Assembly (NCBI GenBank): GCA_039030515.1
Contig: JBCCEA010000040.1
Location: forward strand, 1 to 32,281
Reading direction: 5' to 3'
Source of the DNA: Myxococcota bacterium
GTDB taxonomy: Bacteria > Myxococcota_A > Polyangia > Polyangiales > Houyiibacteriaceae
Length of the DNA stretch: 32,281 bases
The notes under the pieces were generated by a model, which saw nothing but the letters and a program-made list of their open reading frames with translations, ran no database searches and was not told the DNA's origin. Below, piece after piece: positions 1-8,515 of the stretch; within the stretch, counting starts at the first letter, position 1; the number at the start of each line of letters is the position of its first letter. Position numbers and translations under genes: made by a program.

Positions 1-17
1 CCGAATGCAGCGTTCGG

Positions 18-1220
18 CTATCTCCCCTCCACCGTGTTGACGAGGCGCTGAATCCCTTGAGTAAACTCCTTCTCTCGGGCAAGCAGGCTCAATACAAAGT
101 ACCCTTCGCCCGCAAAATCATAGTAGAAGCCCGGGTGCACACAAACTCCGTTTGCGAGGAACATGGTGCACCACGCTTCTTCCGTATGTGTGGCCGGAAC
201 CCTCAGAGTTGCGTTCCATCCGCCCTCAGGAACGCGAACTTCAACGGTGTTGGCGTTTCGGATCGCGTGCAATAAACTCAAAAGATTCTGCGTGATGCGC
301 GTTTGAATCTGGGCGCGGACGTTTCGTCCCGCACTCAGAAGAGCTCGGGCGCCCCAAAGGACTGGTGCAGATATTGTCAGTTGCGCATCTAGAATATGTT
401 CGAGTTTTTGGAGTGCGCTTTGAGTGATACTTTTCGCACCGCCGACTTGGATCCAGGCGAGTTTGAACTGGGGAAATCCGCAATATTTCGACAACCCTCC
501 GAGACGAAAAACAAGGCCTTCCTCAACCGACTCTGCTGCGCTCGGATTCCTCATCTTGGCCGTTTTTGCATTTGCTCTCACCGCACTCGGACCTGAAAGT
601 GGAGGAACGCCAAGATCAAGAAGGTAGTCCTGAAATACCTCATCGACGATAAGAGGTATGCCGAGGTTCATGAGCATGTCGAGCTCATCTCGTTTTAGAT
701 AGTTGCCCGTCGGATTGTTGGGACTCACGACGATCAGACACCGGGCGCCGGTCATGAGTGAATGAGCGAGCTCTGGGATATGCCATTGTCCATCCCAACA
801 CACCGGATACGGTACCGGGACGAGTCCCAGATTCTTTATCAATACTGCGATCAACGGATACCCCGGATTCGGAATCAATACGCGATCCCCGGGGTCGCAC
901 AGCAGGGTGAGGAGCGCCGCATAGGACTCGCTGGTGCTCGAGGTCAGCACGACGTCTTCCCAGCACCTGCCGAGTTCGTCAGCCACGGCGCATCGCGCCT
1001 CCTGCTCGCCAAAAGGGCTTGGTCGGTAGCCCATGATACGGGGGTCTTGCAGCGCCTCCAAAACCTCCTGCTCCGGCAAGTCCAATCCAACCAGTGTGGG
1101 ATTGGACTGGGTGAGATCTGCAAGCATCCGATCGCCTCGGTGTGCCTCACGCTTTGCATCGCGAAAGGCCCGACTTAGCGAGGTCTCCTCTTCGGGGACA
1201 TGCGAACGACGCGAAAACAT
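18..1220 (-). CDS. Pyridoxal phosphate-dependent aminotransferase, class I/II
   Basis: Motifs SPNNPTG, IVDEVF and GGLSK (PLP lysine). ATG at 1220 (MFSRRS) preferred over the upstream TTG at 1235. Confidence 0.9.
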   Translation of the reverse strand: MFSRRSHVPEEETSLSRAFRDAKREAHRGDRMLADLTQSNPTLVGLDLPEQEVLEALQDPRIMGYRPSPFGEQEARCAVADELGRCWEDVVLTSSTSESYAALLTLLCDPGDRVLIPNPGYPLIAVLIKNLGLVPVPYPVCWDGQWHIPELAHSLMTGARCLIVVSPNNPTGNYLKRDELDMLMNLGIPLIVDEVFQDYLLDLGVPPLSGPSAVRANAKTAKMRNPSAAESVEEGLVFRLGGLSKYCGFPQFKLAWIQVGGAKSITQSALQKLEHILDAQLTISAPVLWGARALLSAGRNVRAQIQTRITQNLLSLLHAIRNANTVEVRVPEGGWNATLRVPATHTEEAWCTMFLANGVCVHPGFYYDFAGEGYFVLSLLAREKEFTQGIQRLVNTVEGR

Positions 1221-1414
1221 GCCGTGCTCTAACACCCATGGCTCCAGTGTCGAAGGTTGGGCTCGGTGGGTTTTTGGGGCTCGGTGGGTGCGGGTTTAGG
1301 GCTGCATTCCGGCACGGGCAGGCTCTCGTTCGCCTTAGCGGTCGTGGTCAACGCGTACGGAAGCAGGTACGGGATACTTGCTCGCTGAGAGCTCAAGGCC
1401 AAACTAACCCCCGG

Positions 1415-3787
1415 ATGACGCAGCAATCGTTGACGCTCGAGACCAAGTGCACGGAAGCAGATGTGCTCCTGGAGGACGCGGAGCAATCCTCCGTATCCAA
1501 CAAAACCGATCGAGAGCCTGTAGGAGCCTACGTGACCGTGGCCGTGCCTCTACCTGTGCGGCGCACTTTCTCGTATGCGGTGCCCGTATCCATGGTGACG
1601 AAGATTGCACGCGGGATGAGAGTGGCCGTTCGCTTTGCGGCACGTAAGCTTGCCGGGGTCGTTATCGAGGTGAGCGATGTTCCTCCACCGTCGGTATCGA
1701 AATGCTTGCCCGTTGCGGGCATACTGGACGCGACTCCGGTCTTCTCGGAAGAGTTGCTTTCCTTTTTGGAGCAGGCAGCCGAATACTACTTGCACCCGTT
1801 AGGAGAGGTGATTCGGGCAGCAGCCCCCCCACTGCATAAAGAATCGATGAAAGCGCTAAGGAACGATGGCTTTCTCGACGATGCAGAGTGGCTTAAAGGC
1901 CGGGCTGTCTCTCTAAAAAAGGTGCTTTTTGCAACCGCCTGTGAAGGCCCTTTACCGAAGCATTTAGGCAGCAAACAAAGAGCGATACTCGACCACGTTC
2001 GTGAAGTCGGCGCCTGTGATCATCGTGCGCTTACTGCCCATGGTACAGGTCCCAAGCAGGTACTTCGTAGCCTCTCGCGCAAGGGACTCGTCCTACTCGA
2101 AGAACGTGAAGCATCCTCGGATCCCTTCTTTGCTACCGACGTGGTTCGGGATGTGCCCCGCGAGCCCACCGATGCTCAGCGGCACGCGATCGAGACGCTG
2201 CTTCAGCATGTCCGTAGCGGGAACGCGCGCCAATTCCTGCTGCACGGGGTTACCGGTTCCGGCAAAACAGAAGTGTATCTGCAGGTGATCGCAGAGGCGA
2301 TCGCGCTCGGCAAAGGGGCGATCGTGCTGGTTCCCGAGATTTCCCTCACGCCTCAGCTGGTCGAGCGCTTTCGGGCACGTTTTGGCGATGAGATCGCGGT
2401 CCTTCATAGCGGTCTCTCAATTCGCTCGAGGGATCTTGCGCATAGGAAGTTGCGCGCAGGTACCTTGTGCATTGCAGTGGGTGCTCGGTCGGCGCTGTTT
2501 GCCCCTGTGTCTGATTTGGGGGTCGTGATCGTGGACGAAGAGCACGACTCCTCGTTCAAACAGGAAGAAGGGTTTCGCTATCACGCTCGCGATATGGCCA
2601 TGCTTCGGGCGCATCGTGCCTCGGCCGTGTGCATTTTGGGGTCGGCAACCCCTGCACTCGAAACCTACCGATTGAGTCAGCTCGGCAAGGTCCACTATCT
2701 GAGCCTGCCAGAACGCGCCAACCGCAAAGCTTTGCCCAAGGTAGAGATCGTCGACTTGCGCCGGCATCGTAATGGACCTGCAGGTATGGCTTTGCTTTCG
2801 GCTCCGCTTCAGCGGGCGCTTCAGAGCTGTCTTGCAGAAGGTGGTCAGGCGATCTTGTTCCTGAATCGCAGAGGTTATGTTCCCGTGTTTAAGTGCACTG
2901 CATGCGGAGACAACCTGCAGTGCCCCGCCTGCGCAGTCGCCCTGACCGAACATCGTCAAGAAGGTGTTCTTCGCTGCCACTATTGCGATTTCCGCACTTC
3001 GATGCCGAAGGTATGTCCAAGTTGCCAGGCGCAAGCGCTCATGCCGCTCGGTCTCGGCACAGAGCAACTCCAGCACGCGCTGCATGAAGTCTTTCCGGAG
3101 GCTCGGGTAGGCAGATTGGATCGCGATACCGTCGTAGGTGGGCGTGGCGCGGCCGCCGTTCTCGATGATTTGCGTAGCGGCGCGATCGACATCCTGGTTG
3201 GGACCCAGATGGTGACCAAGGGTCATGATCTGCCCAACGTTCGGGTGGTGGGCGTGATTTTAGCGGATCACTCGCTTGCGTTTCCTGACTTTCGTGCATC
3301 AGAACGGACGTTCCAACTGCTCGCTCAAGTTGCGGGGCGGGCAGGACGTGGAGACCGAGCTGGGAGTGTGATTTTTCAAACGTTTCAGCCCGATCATCCC
3401 GCCATCGAGTTGGCGGCTCGGCATGACTACGCGAGGTTTGCTCCGCTTGAGCTCGAGTCGCGCAAAGACCCAGCGTATCCTCCCTTCACGCGTTTGATCG
3501 CAGTGCGACTCGACGCCGGTGACGAAAACTTTGCAAAGAGTGCGATCGATTCTTTGGTGGGATTTGCTCGAAGCCACGACTGGGTCCGATCGGGACAGGT
3601 GGATGTCCTCGGACCGGCTACGGCGCCTATTCCGAGGCTGAGAGGTCGATTCCGATTTCGATTTCTGCTGCGCAGCCATGAGCGTATCTTGCTTCGTGAA
3701 GTGGCGCGCTGCGTGCAAGAACGAATCGCTGCAGGCATCGCACCGGCGAGGGCAACGATAGACGTCGACCCGGTGTCCATGCTCTGA
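1415..3787 (+). CDS. priA: Primosomal protein N' (replication restart helicase)
   Basis: Motifs LHGVTGSGKTEVY, LVPEISLTPQ, DEEHD, GSATP, four CxxC Zn motifs, GTQMVTKGHD and QVAGRAGR; C-terminal IDVDP. Start is uncertain. The ORF-track start at 1142 overlaps the divergent gene, so ATG 1415 was chosen. Confidence 0.97.
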   Translation: MTQQSLTLETKCTEADVLLEDAEQSSVSNKTDREPVGAYVTVAVPLPVRRTFSYAVPVSMVTKIARGMRVAVRFAARKLAGVVIEVSDVPPPSVSKCLPVAGILDATPVFSEELLSFLEQAAEYYLHPLGEVIRAAAPPLHKESMKALRNDGFLDDAEWLKGRAVSLKKVLFATACEGPLPKHLGSKQRAILDHVREVGACDHRALTAHGTGPKQVLRSLSRKGLVLLEEREASSDPFFATDVVRDVPREPTDAQRHAIETLLQHVRSGNARQFLLHGVTGSGKTEVYLQVIAEAIALGKGAIVLVPEISLTPQLVERFRARFGDEIAVLHSGLSIRSRDLAHRKLRAGTLCIAVGARSALFAPVSDLGVVIVDEEHDSSFKQEEGFRYHARDMAMLRAHRASAVCILGSATPALETYRLSQLGKVHYLSLPERANRKALPKVEIVDLRRHRNGPAGMALLSAPLQRALQSCLAEGGQAILFLNRRGYVPVFKCTACGDNLQCPACAVALTEHRQEGVLRCHYCDFRTSMPKVCPSCQAQALMPLGLGTEQLQHALHEVFPEARVGRLDRDTVVGGRGAAAVLDDLRSGAIDILVGTQMVTKGHDLPNVRVVGVILADHSLAFPDFRASERTFQLLAQVAGRAGRGDRAGSVIFQTFQPDHPAIELAARHDYARFAPLELESRKDPAYPPFTRLIAVRLDAGDENFAKSAIDSLVGFARSHDWVRSGQVDVLGPATAPIPRLRGRFRFRFLLRSHERILLREVARCVQERIAAGIAPARATIDVDPVSML

Positions 3788-3836
3788 GGACCGGACGGTG
3801 GTTCGTCGTGGTTCGACTTCCGTGTACACTTCGCCC

Positions 3837-5852
3837 ATGAAGTTCATCGACGTCTGGGCTGAGGGCCTTTTCGGTTCGAAGCTTCGAGAGTTGCTTGCCG
3901 ATAGCGGATGCAGCGTCCGGCTCCGCACGCGTTCCGAACACGTCACCTTTGACCGCGCTGATTCCCTGGTGGTGGTCTACGAGCTCGATGCGCGCTCGGA
4001 TCCAGAGATTTTGTTCACTGCTTTGAAGCGTGTGCCTCGGCCTCCGTGTGTTCTCGTCGGCGACGTGCCGGAGGAACATGAACTGAGATCAGCGCTGCGA
4101 ACTGGATTTGATCAATTGCATTCTCCCGCCGTAAATCCAGTGGATCTTGTGGTGCAGGTTGAGCTCTTGGCCTCCCGTGGTCCGTTGCGATCGGAGGTCG
4201 ATTCGGAAGAGCGGCGTCCTCCCATCGAGGCGGGTGCGGAGTCTCCCTACTGGCGTGAGCCAACCGTTGCGCTTCAAGCGGATGGCGACACCGGTTTCTC
4301 CGCGGCGCCAGCGAGTTCAGTGTCGGCCGCTTCAGCGCCAGTCAGTCCGCAGCAAGAGCACCCGAACCTCACCCCAGAGTCGAGTGCGCCCTCCACGCGC
4401 AGATCACTCCCCGCTTCCTCCGTGTTTTCCGACTACGTCAACCGGTTGCTGGTCGACGCTGAAGCTCGAATTTATAAAGACGCTGGCGCAGTAGAGCTTG
4501 ACTTCGTTCAGGTGAGGTCGATCGAGACTCTGGTGGGTGATGAGATTCTCGCTGCTATTGGCGAATCTGGCCCCAAGGACGCGGACGAAGTCGAGGGATT
4601 CACGATGATTCACCAGGCGTCTGCGGAGCGGCACCATGCGATGGCTCTAACCGCCCCCGGTCTGGTGGTCGAAGCGCCGCTGGGGCGAGGCATGGCTTCC
4701 GATGCTGATCCTCTCAGTGCCGATACCCGTCAGCCAACCGAGCAGCGGCGTACATCGCGTGCAGTTACCGAAGCCAGTGCGGGGGTTCGAGTTCAGGACT
4801 TGGCGATCGGTACGGTTACTGCGGACGGTAGAGGACGTCGCGGTTTGGTGGAGTCGGAAGATCTATTTCGCCTTCTCTGGGAAGCTGGTCGACTTCGAAT
4901 GACCTGTCGGTTGTCGGTCGAGACTCGGGAGTTGGGGTCGATCGAACTTGCGATTCGCAAAGGTCGCGTTCGAGAATTCCGAGGACCGGTGCATCAGTTT
5001 GCGATGAGGAAAATCCTAGGTTGGAATCAAACGACGAACACACCTCAAACGGAGCGGCATGCGGAGGCTTCGTGGAGTCAATTCTTGAGCGACCACCGGC
5101 TGGATCGACTGCAGGCCGATCGATTGCTTGCCGAGGCGCGCGCCGAGATCGTGTACCGCTTATTCAACGGGGTTCGGGGCAGCTACGTCATCCATCCGGT
5201 CGAGGGTAGCGAAGTCGTCTCGAAGCAAGGCTTCCTGTTGCCCCTGCAGCTCACGGAACTCGCCTTTGAGGCTCTGCGTCGCAGTGTGGAGAGGCCCTGG
5301 CTCATGGAGGCGATGGGGAGCGCGCGTCTCCAGCTCTCTTCCAACTTTATCGAGGTTCTTGAGGATGCTTCTATCGAACCCGAGGTGATTTCCTTGCTGG
5401 ATCGCAACGACGGCGCGGCTCTAGGTGGCTTGCTGTCAAGGGATTTGGAGCAGCTGGGGCTTGCTGGTGTGCTTTACGGGCTTTCTTTGAACGGCACTTT
5501 GCGGCTTCTGGCAGACTCAGATCAAGAGACGCGCTCGATCGATAGGGTGGATGTGGAGGCTATGGTGCGGGCTGCCTTTCGCTTGGCGCAGTCGGGCGAC
5601 TATTTCCAGATTCTCGGGGTCACCCCAACGGCGCACCCAAGGAGTCTCGCCAAGGCGCGTGCTGAACGTGTTCGTGCGCTTTCGATCCTTCTTCTAGAGT
5701 CCGGTAGCGTGCTGGAACGCATGCGTCAGGAGGGTATTGAGGCCATCGAGGAGGCATTCGAGGTTCTCAAAAACGCCCGGCTAAGAGAAGCCTATGCGGA
5801 TGCACTGCTCCCGTCTCGGGTGTCTTCGCGCTCGGCCGTTCCCCCTGTTTGA
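3837..5852 (+). CDS. Multidomain myxobacterial protein: degenerate receiver-like N-terminus, low-complexity linker, DUF4388-like region, C-terminal J-like domain
   Basis: C-terminal DYFQILGV...EAFEVLKNARLREAY matches DnaJ helices I and IV but has no HPD. The N-terminal alpha/beta segment (..CVLVG..ALRTGFD..) resembles a receiver domain. Confidence 0.65.
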   Translation: MKFIDVWAEGLFGSKLRELLADSGCSVRLRTRSEHVTFDRADSLVVVYELDARSDPEILFTALKRVPRPPCVLVGDVPEEHELRSALRTGFDQLHSPAVNPVDLVVQVELLASRGPLRSEVDSEERRPPIEAGAESPYWREPTVALQADGDTGFSAAPASSVSAASAPVSPQQEHPNLTPESSAPSTRRSLPASSVFSDYVNRLLVDAEARIYKDAGAVELDFVQVRSIETLVGDEILAAIGESGPKDADEVEGFTMIHQASAERHHAMALTAPGLVVEAPLGRGMASDADPLSADTRQPTEQRRTSRAVTEASAGVRVQDLAIGTVTADGRGRRGLVESEDLFRLLWEAGRLRMTCRLSVETRELGSIELAIRKGRVREFRGPVHQFAMRKILGWNQTTNTPQTERHAEASWSQFLSDHRLDRLQADRLLAEARAEIVYRLFNGVRGSYVIHPVEGSEVVSKQGFLLPLQLTELAFEALRRSVERPWLMEAMGSARLQLSSNFIEVLEDASIEPEVISLLDRNDGAALGGLLSRDLEQLGLAGVLYGLSLNGTLRLLADSDQETRSIDRVDVEAMVRAAFRLAQSGDYFQILGVTPTAHPRSLAKARAERVRALSILLLESGSVLERMRQEGIEAIEEAFEVLKNARLREAYADALLPSRVSSRSAVPPV

Positions 5853-5954
5853 ACGCGTCTAGCGGTGCTTGCTCGATCCCGCCTTTGCTGAAGGAAGCCC
5901 TGCACTCGCGTCTCTAACGGTTCGCTCTATCTCTGCTACACTACGCGTCTAGCT

Positions 5955-6479
5955 ATGGCCATCCGTCCAATCCTGCACTACCCCGACAAACGTTTACGCA
6001 CCCCCGCAACGGAAGTGACCTCTTTCGACGATGAGCTCAACCTGCTTATCGAAGACATGGCTGAAACGATGTACGCCGCTCCCGGGGTAGGCTTGGCTGC
6101 ACCACAGATCGGCGTGGGCAAGCGGATATTTCTGGTTGACGTTGCCGTCGATGATGACGAGCCAAGTGATTTGCGCGTTTTCGTGAATCCCAAGATCGTT
6201 GAAACAGATGGCGTCGTGCATTTCGACGAGGGATGCCTTTCATTTCCGGGTGCTCGAGAAGAAGTGAAGCGGGCACAGCAGGTGCGGGTACAAGCCCAAG
6301 ATGCATCGGGCGAGCCTTTCGACCTTTCCGCGGATGGTCTGCTCGCGATCGCAATCCAACACGAAAACGACCATCTCGATGGCAGGCTGATGATCGATCA
6401 CCTCGGGGTGCTTCGAAAGCGTTTGCTGCATCGTTCTATGATGAAGCGGACTGCAGTTGAGGCCGCCGAGCATCGGTAG
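5955..6479 (+). CDS. def: Peptide deformylase
   Basis: Motifs GVGLAAPQIG, EGCLS and QHENDHLDG. Confidence 0.98.
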   Translation: MAIRPILHYPDKRLRTPATEVTSFDDELNLLIEDMAETMYAAPGVGLAAPQIGVGKRIFLVDVAVDDDEPSDLRVFVNPKIVETDGVVHFDEGCLSFPGAREEVKRAQQVRVQAQDASGEPFDLSADGLLAIAIQHENDHLDGRLMIDHLGVLRKRLLHRSMMKRTAVEAAEHR

Positions 6480-6548
6480 GGCGATCGCAGAACTGGATCG
6501 ATGCGGAGGCGCCTGCCGGCTCACGCCGGACGTGTCATAGATCAACGC

Positions 6549-7556
6549 ATGCGAACGGAACACCCTGCTGCGTCTGGGGGCGCAGAGCTTCCTAAGATCG
6601 CGTTCTTTGGAAGCCCAGATTTTGCGGTTCCCTGTCTTCAGGCGGCGCTTGAACTGACGCATGTCGCCGTAGTGATTTCTCAGCCGGATAAGCCCGCGGG
6701 CCGTGGTCTCAAGTACACAGCCCCGGCTGTCAAGCGCTACGCTCTCGAGGCGAACTGCGAAGTCTGGCAGCCCAAACGGGTCAGAACGGGCGACTTGGCA
6801 CAGCGTCTTCGCGCGCTTGAACTCGATCTCGGAATCGTGGTCGCGTACGGACGTATTTTGCCTCGGGTTGTGCTGGAAGCGCCGCGCCTCGGATGCCTCA
6901 ATGTGCACGCTTCACTTCTGCCGCGATGGAGAGGTGCTGCCCCAATCCAGTGGGCGATCGCCCAAGGTGATCCAGGTACCGGCATCAGTCTGATGCAGAT
7001 GGATGAAGGTATGGACACCGGACCTGTACTGGCGACCCGATCCCTAAATATTGAGCCTCGCGAGACTTCTGGCTCGCTATTTCAGCGCCTATCCCGGCTT
7101 GGCGGCGAAGTTTTGAGCGAGGAGCTGCCGCGTTTTTTAGCGGGCAAGCTTGTGCCGAAACCGCAAGAGGCGACGACGGTCACCATGGCACCGATGATTC
7201 AAAAGTCCGATGGGCTGATCGACTGGAACGCCTCTGCAGAACGTATCGACTGTCATATTCGAGCGATGACGCCCTGGCCTGGAGCCTTTTCATATCTCGG
7301 TGACCAGCGGGTCAAGGTGCATCGGGCCTCTGTGGGTACGATTCGGGGGAACTGGGGAACGCCCGGAAGTATGGTCAAGGCCACTTCTTCGGAGCTGCTC
7401 GTGGCCTGCGCAGAGGGCACGCTCTCCCTAGAGGAACTTCAGCTTGATGGTAGAAAAAGAATGTCGGTAACTGCTTTTCAGGCGGGACAGCGATGGGGGC
7501 TTGGAACGCGTTTTTCCTTGGGTAAAGAAGGCGGAACTTCGGGAGGAGAAGAATGA
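6549..7556 (+). CDS. fmt: Methionyl-tRNA formyltransferase
   Basis: Motifs FFGSPDFA, SQPDKPAGRG, NVHASLLPRWRGAAPIQ and MDEGMDTG; directly follows def. Start could be 6501 or 6549. Confidence 0.97.
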   Translation: MRTEHPAASGGAELPKIAFFGSPDFAVPCLQAALELTHVAVVISQPDKPAGRGLKYTAPAVKRYALEANCEVWQPKRVRTGDLAQRLRALELDLGIVVAYGRILPRVVLEAPRLGCLNVHASLLPRWRGAAPIQWAIAQGDPGTGISLMQMDEGMDTGPVLATRSLNIEPRETSGSLFQRLSRLGGEVLSEELPRFLAGKLVPKPQEATTVTMAPMIQKSDGLIDWNASAERIDCHIRAMTPWPGAFSYLGDQRVKVHRASVGTIRGNWGTPGSMVKATSSELLVACAEGTLSLEELQLDGRKRMSVTAFQAGQRWGLGTRFSLGKEGGTSGGEE

Positions 7557-8122
7557 AGATTTATACAAAGACCGGTGATGACGGGACGACAGGGCTTTTT
7601 GGAGGTGGTCGGGTTTCTAAGACCGCACTTCGAGTAGCCGCCTATGGAGACGTCGATGAATTGAATGCCCACCTCGGTCTTATTTCTTCGGATGAGGCGC
7701 TTTCAAAAGAACTGGTAGGGTGGGTTACAGAGATTCAGTCGGAGCTATTTGGTTTGGGTGCAGAAATCGCGACTCCTACGGACCATCAAGAAAAAATCGC
7801 GGCACTCCGGTTGACGCCGGACTGTGTGACACGGCTCGAGGAAATCGTAGACGTCTGCGAGCAAGAGCTTGAGCCATTGAGAAATTTCATCCTCCCGAGC
7901 GGCACATCTCTGTCGGCTAAGTTTCACCTTGCGAGAACCGTATGTCGACGCGCCGAGCGCTCTGTCGTGCTTTTACATGGTCAAGAAACCGTGAGCTCGG
8001 TGATCCTGCGCTACCTCAACCGGCTTAGTGATCTCTTGTTCGTATTGGCTCGGGTTGCAAACCATCGCGCTGGAGTGCCCGACGTGCCCTGGAGAGGTAG
8101 AGATCTGAGCTCGTCGTCTTGA
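7553..8122 (+). CDS. pduO: ATP:cob(I)alamin adenosyltransferase, PduO type
   Basis: Motifs KIYTKTGDDGTT, AYGDVDELNA, ARTVCRRAER and YLNRLSDLLF. ATGA overlap with fmt. Confidence 0.95.
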   Translation: MKIYTKTGDDGTTGLFGGGRVSKTALRVAAYGDVDELNAHLGLISSDEALSKELVGWVTEIQSELFGLGAEIATPTDHQEKIAALRLTPDCVTRLEEIVDVCEQELEPLRNFILPSGTSLSAKFHLARTVCRRAERSVVLLHGQETVSSVILRYLNRLSDLLFVLARVANHRAGVPDVPWRGRDLSSSS

Positions 8123-8147
8123 CCTTCTCGGTGCCAAACTCTAGCCT
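8119..8147 (+). promoter_or_regulatory. Sigma70-type promoter for the 6S RNA
   Basis: TTGACC (8119-8124), 17-nt spacer, TAGCCT (8142-8147). The implied TSS of about 8153-8154 coincides with the 5' end of the predicted rod-shaped RNA. Confidence 0.7.
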
Positions 8148-8152
8148 AGGAA

Positions 8153-8342
8153 TTGTTCTTCTGTTCGGTTCGTTCGGAGCGTGCATGTGAATCCCTTATA
8201 GCGGTGACCAGGGAGCCTTTCTCGATCGTGGTGTGCAGGACCGGCATTCGTCATCGGGAAGCCTAAAGCGATCGATCTCGGCACCCACCTACGTTTACGT
8301 AGGGGTTCCGCACCAGCTCCACGGCCAAAACAGTATGGACAA
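8153..8342 (+). ncRNA. ssrS: 6S RNA
   Basis: About 190-nt rod structure. The 5' arm pairs with the 3' arm (ttgttc/ggacaa, ctgtt/aacag, ggagc/gctcc, gtgc/gcac, gaatccc/ggggttc), and there is an internal gatcg/cgatc stem. Carries the typical 6S motifs GGGAGC, GTGTGCA, GGGAAGCCTAAA and GCACCCACCT...GGTTC. Flanked by a promoter and a terminator. Confidence 0.85.
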
Positions 8343-8345
8343 ACT

Positions 8346-8380
8346 CAAAGAGTCGACCAAGTGTCGGCTCTTTGTACTTT
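8346..8380 (+). terminator. Intrinsic terminator (probably bidirectional) after the 6S RNA
   Basis: caaagagtcgac-caagt-gtcggctctttg hairpin followed by tacttt, lying between convergent transcripts. Confidence 0.75.
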
Positions 8381-8515
8381 GTAGCTCGCTGATTCCGTAG
8401 CTGAGCGATACAGCGTTAGTTTGCTGACACACGGTGTATCTCGTCGATACGTTTTGAGAGCGCTGATCAACGCCCCCGCTTCAAACTCTTCAGCCTAAAT
8501 CCAGATATCCTACGC

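Noticed and set aside
1142..1414. N-terminal extension of PriA
   Set aside because: It overlaps the divergent aminotransferase and has no PriA-like sequence.
2417..3946. Long antisense ORFs (269 aa and 215 aa here, and similar ones at 6240-6908 and 15245-16189)
   Set aside because: Shadows of well-supported genes in GC-rich DNA, with no recognisable motifs.
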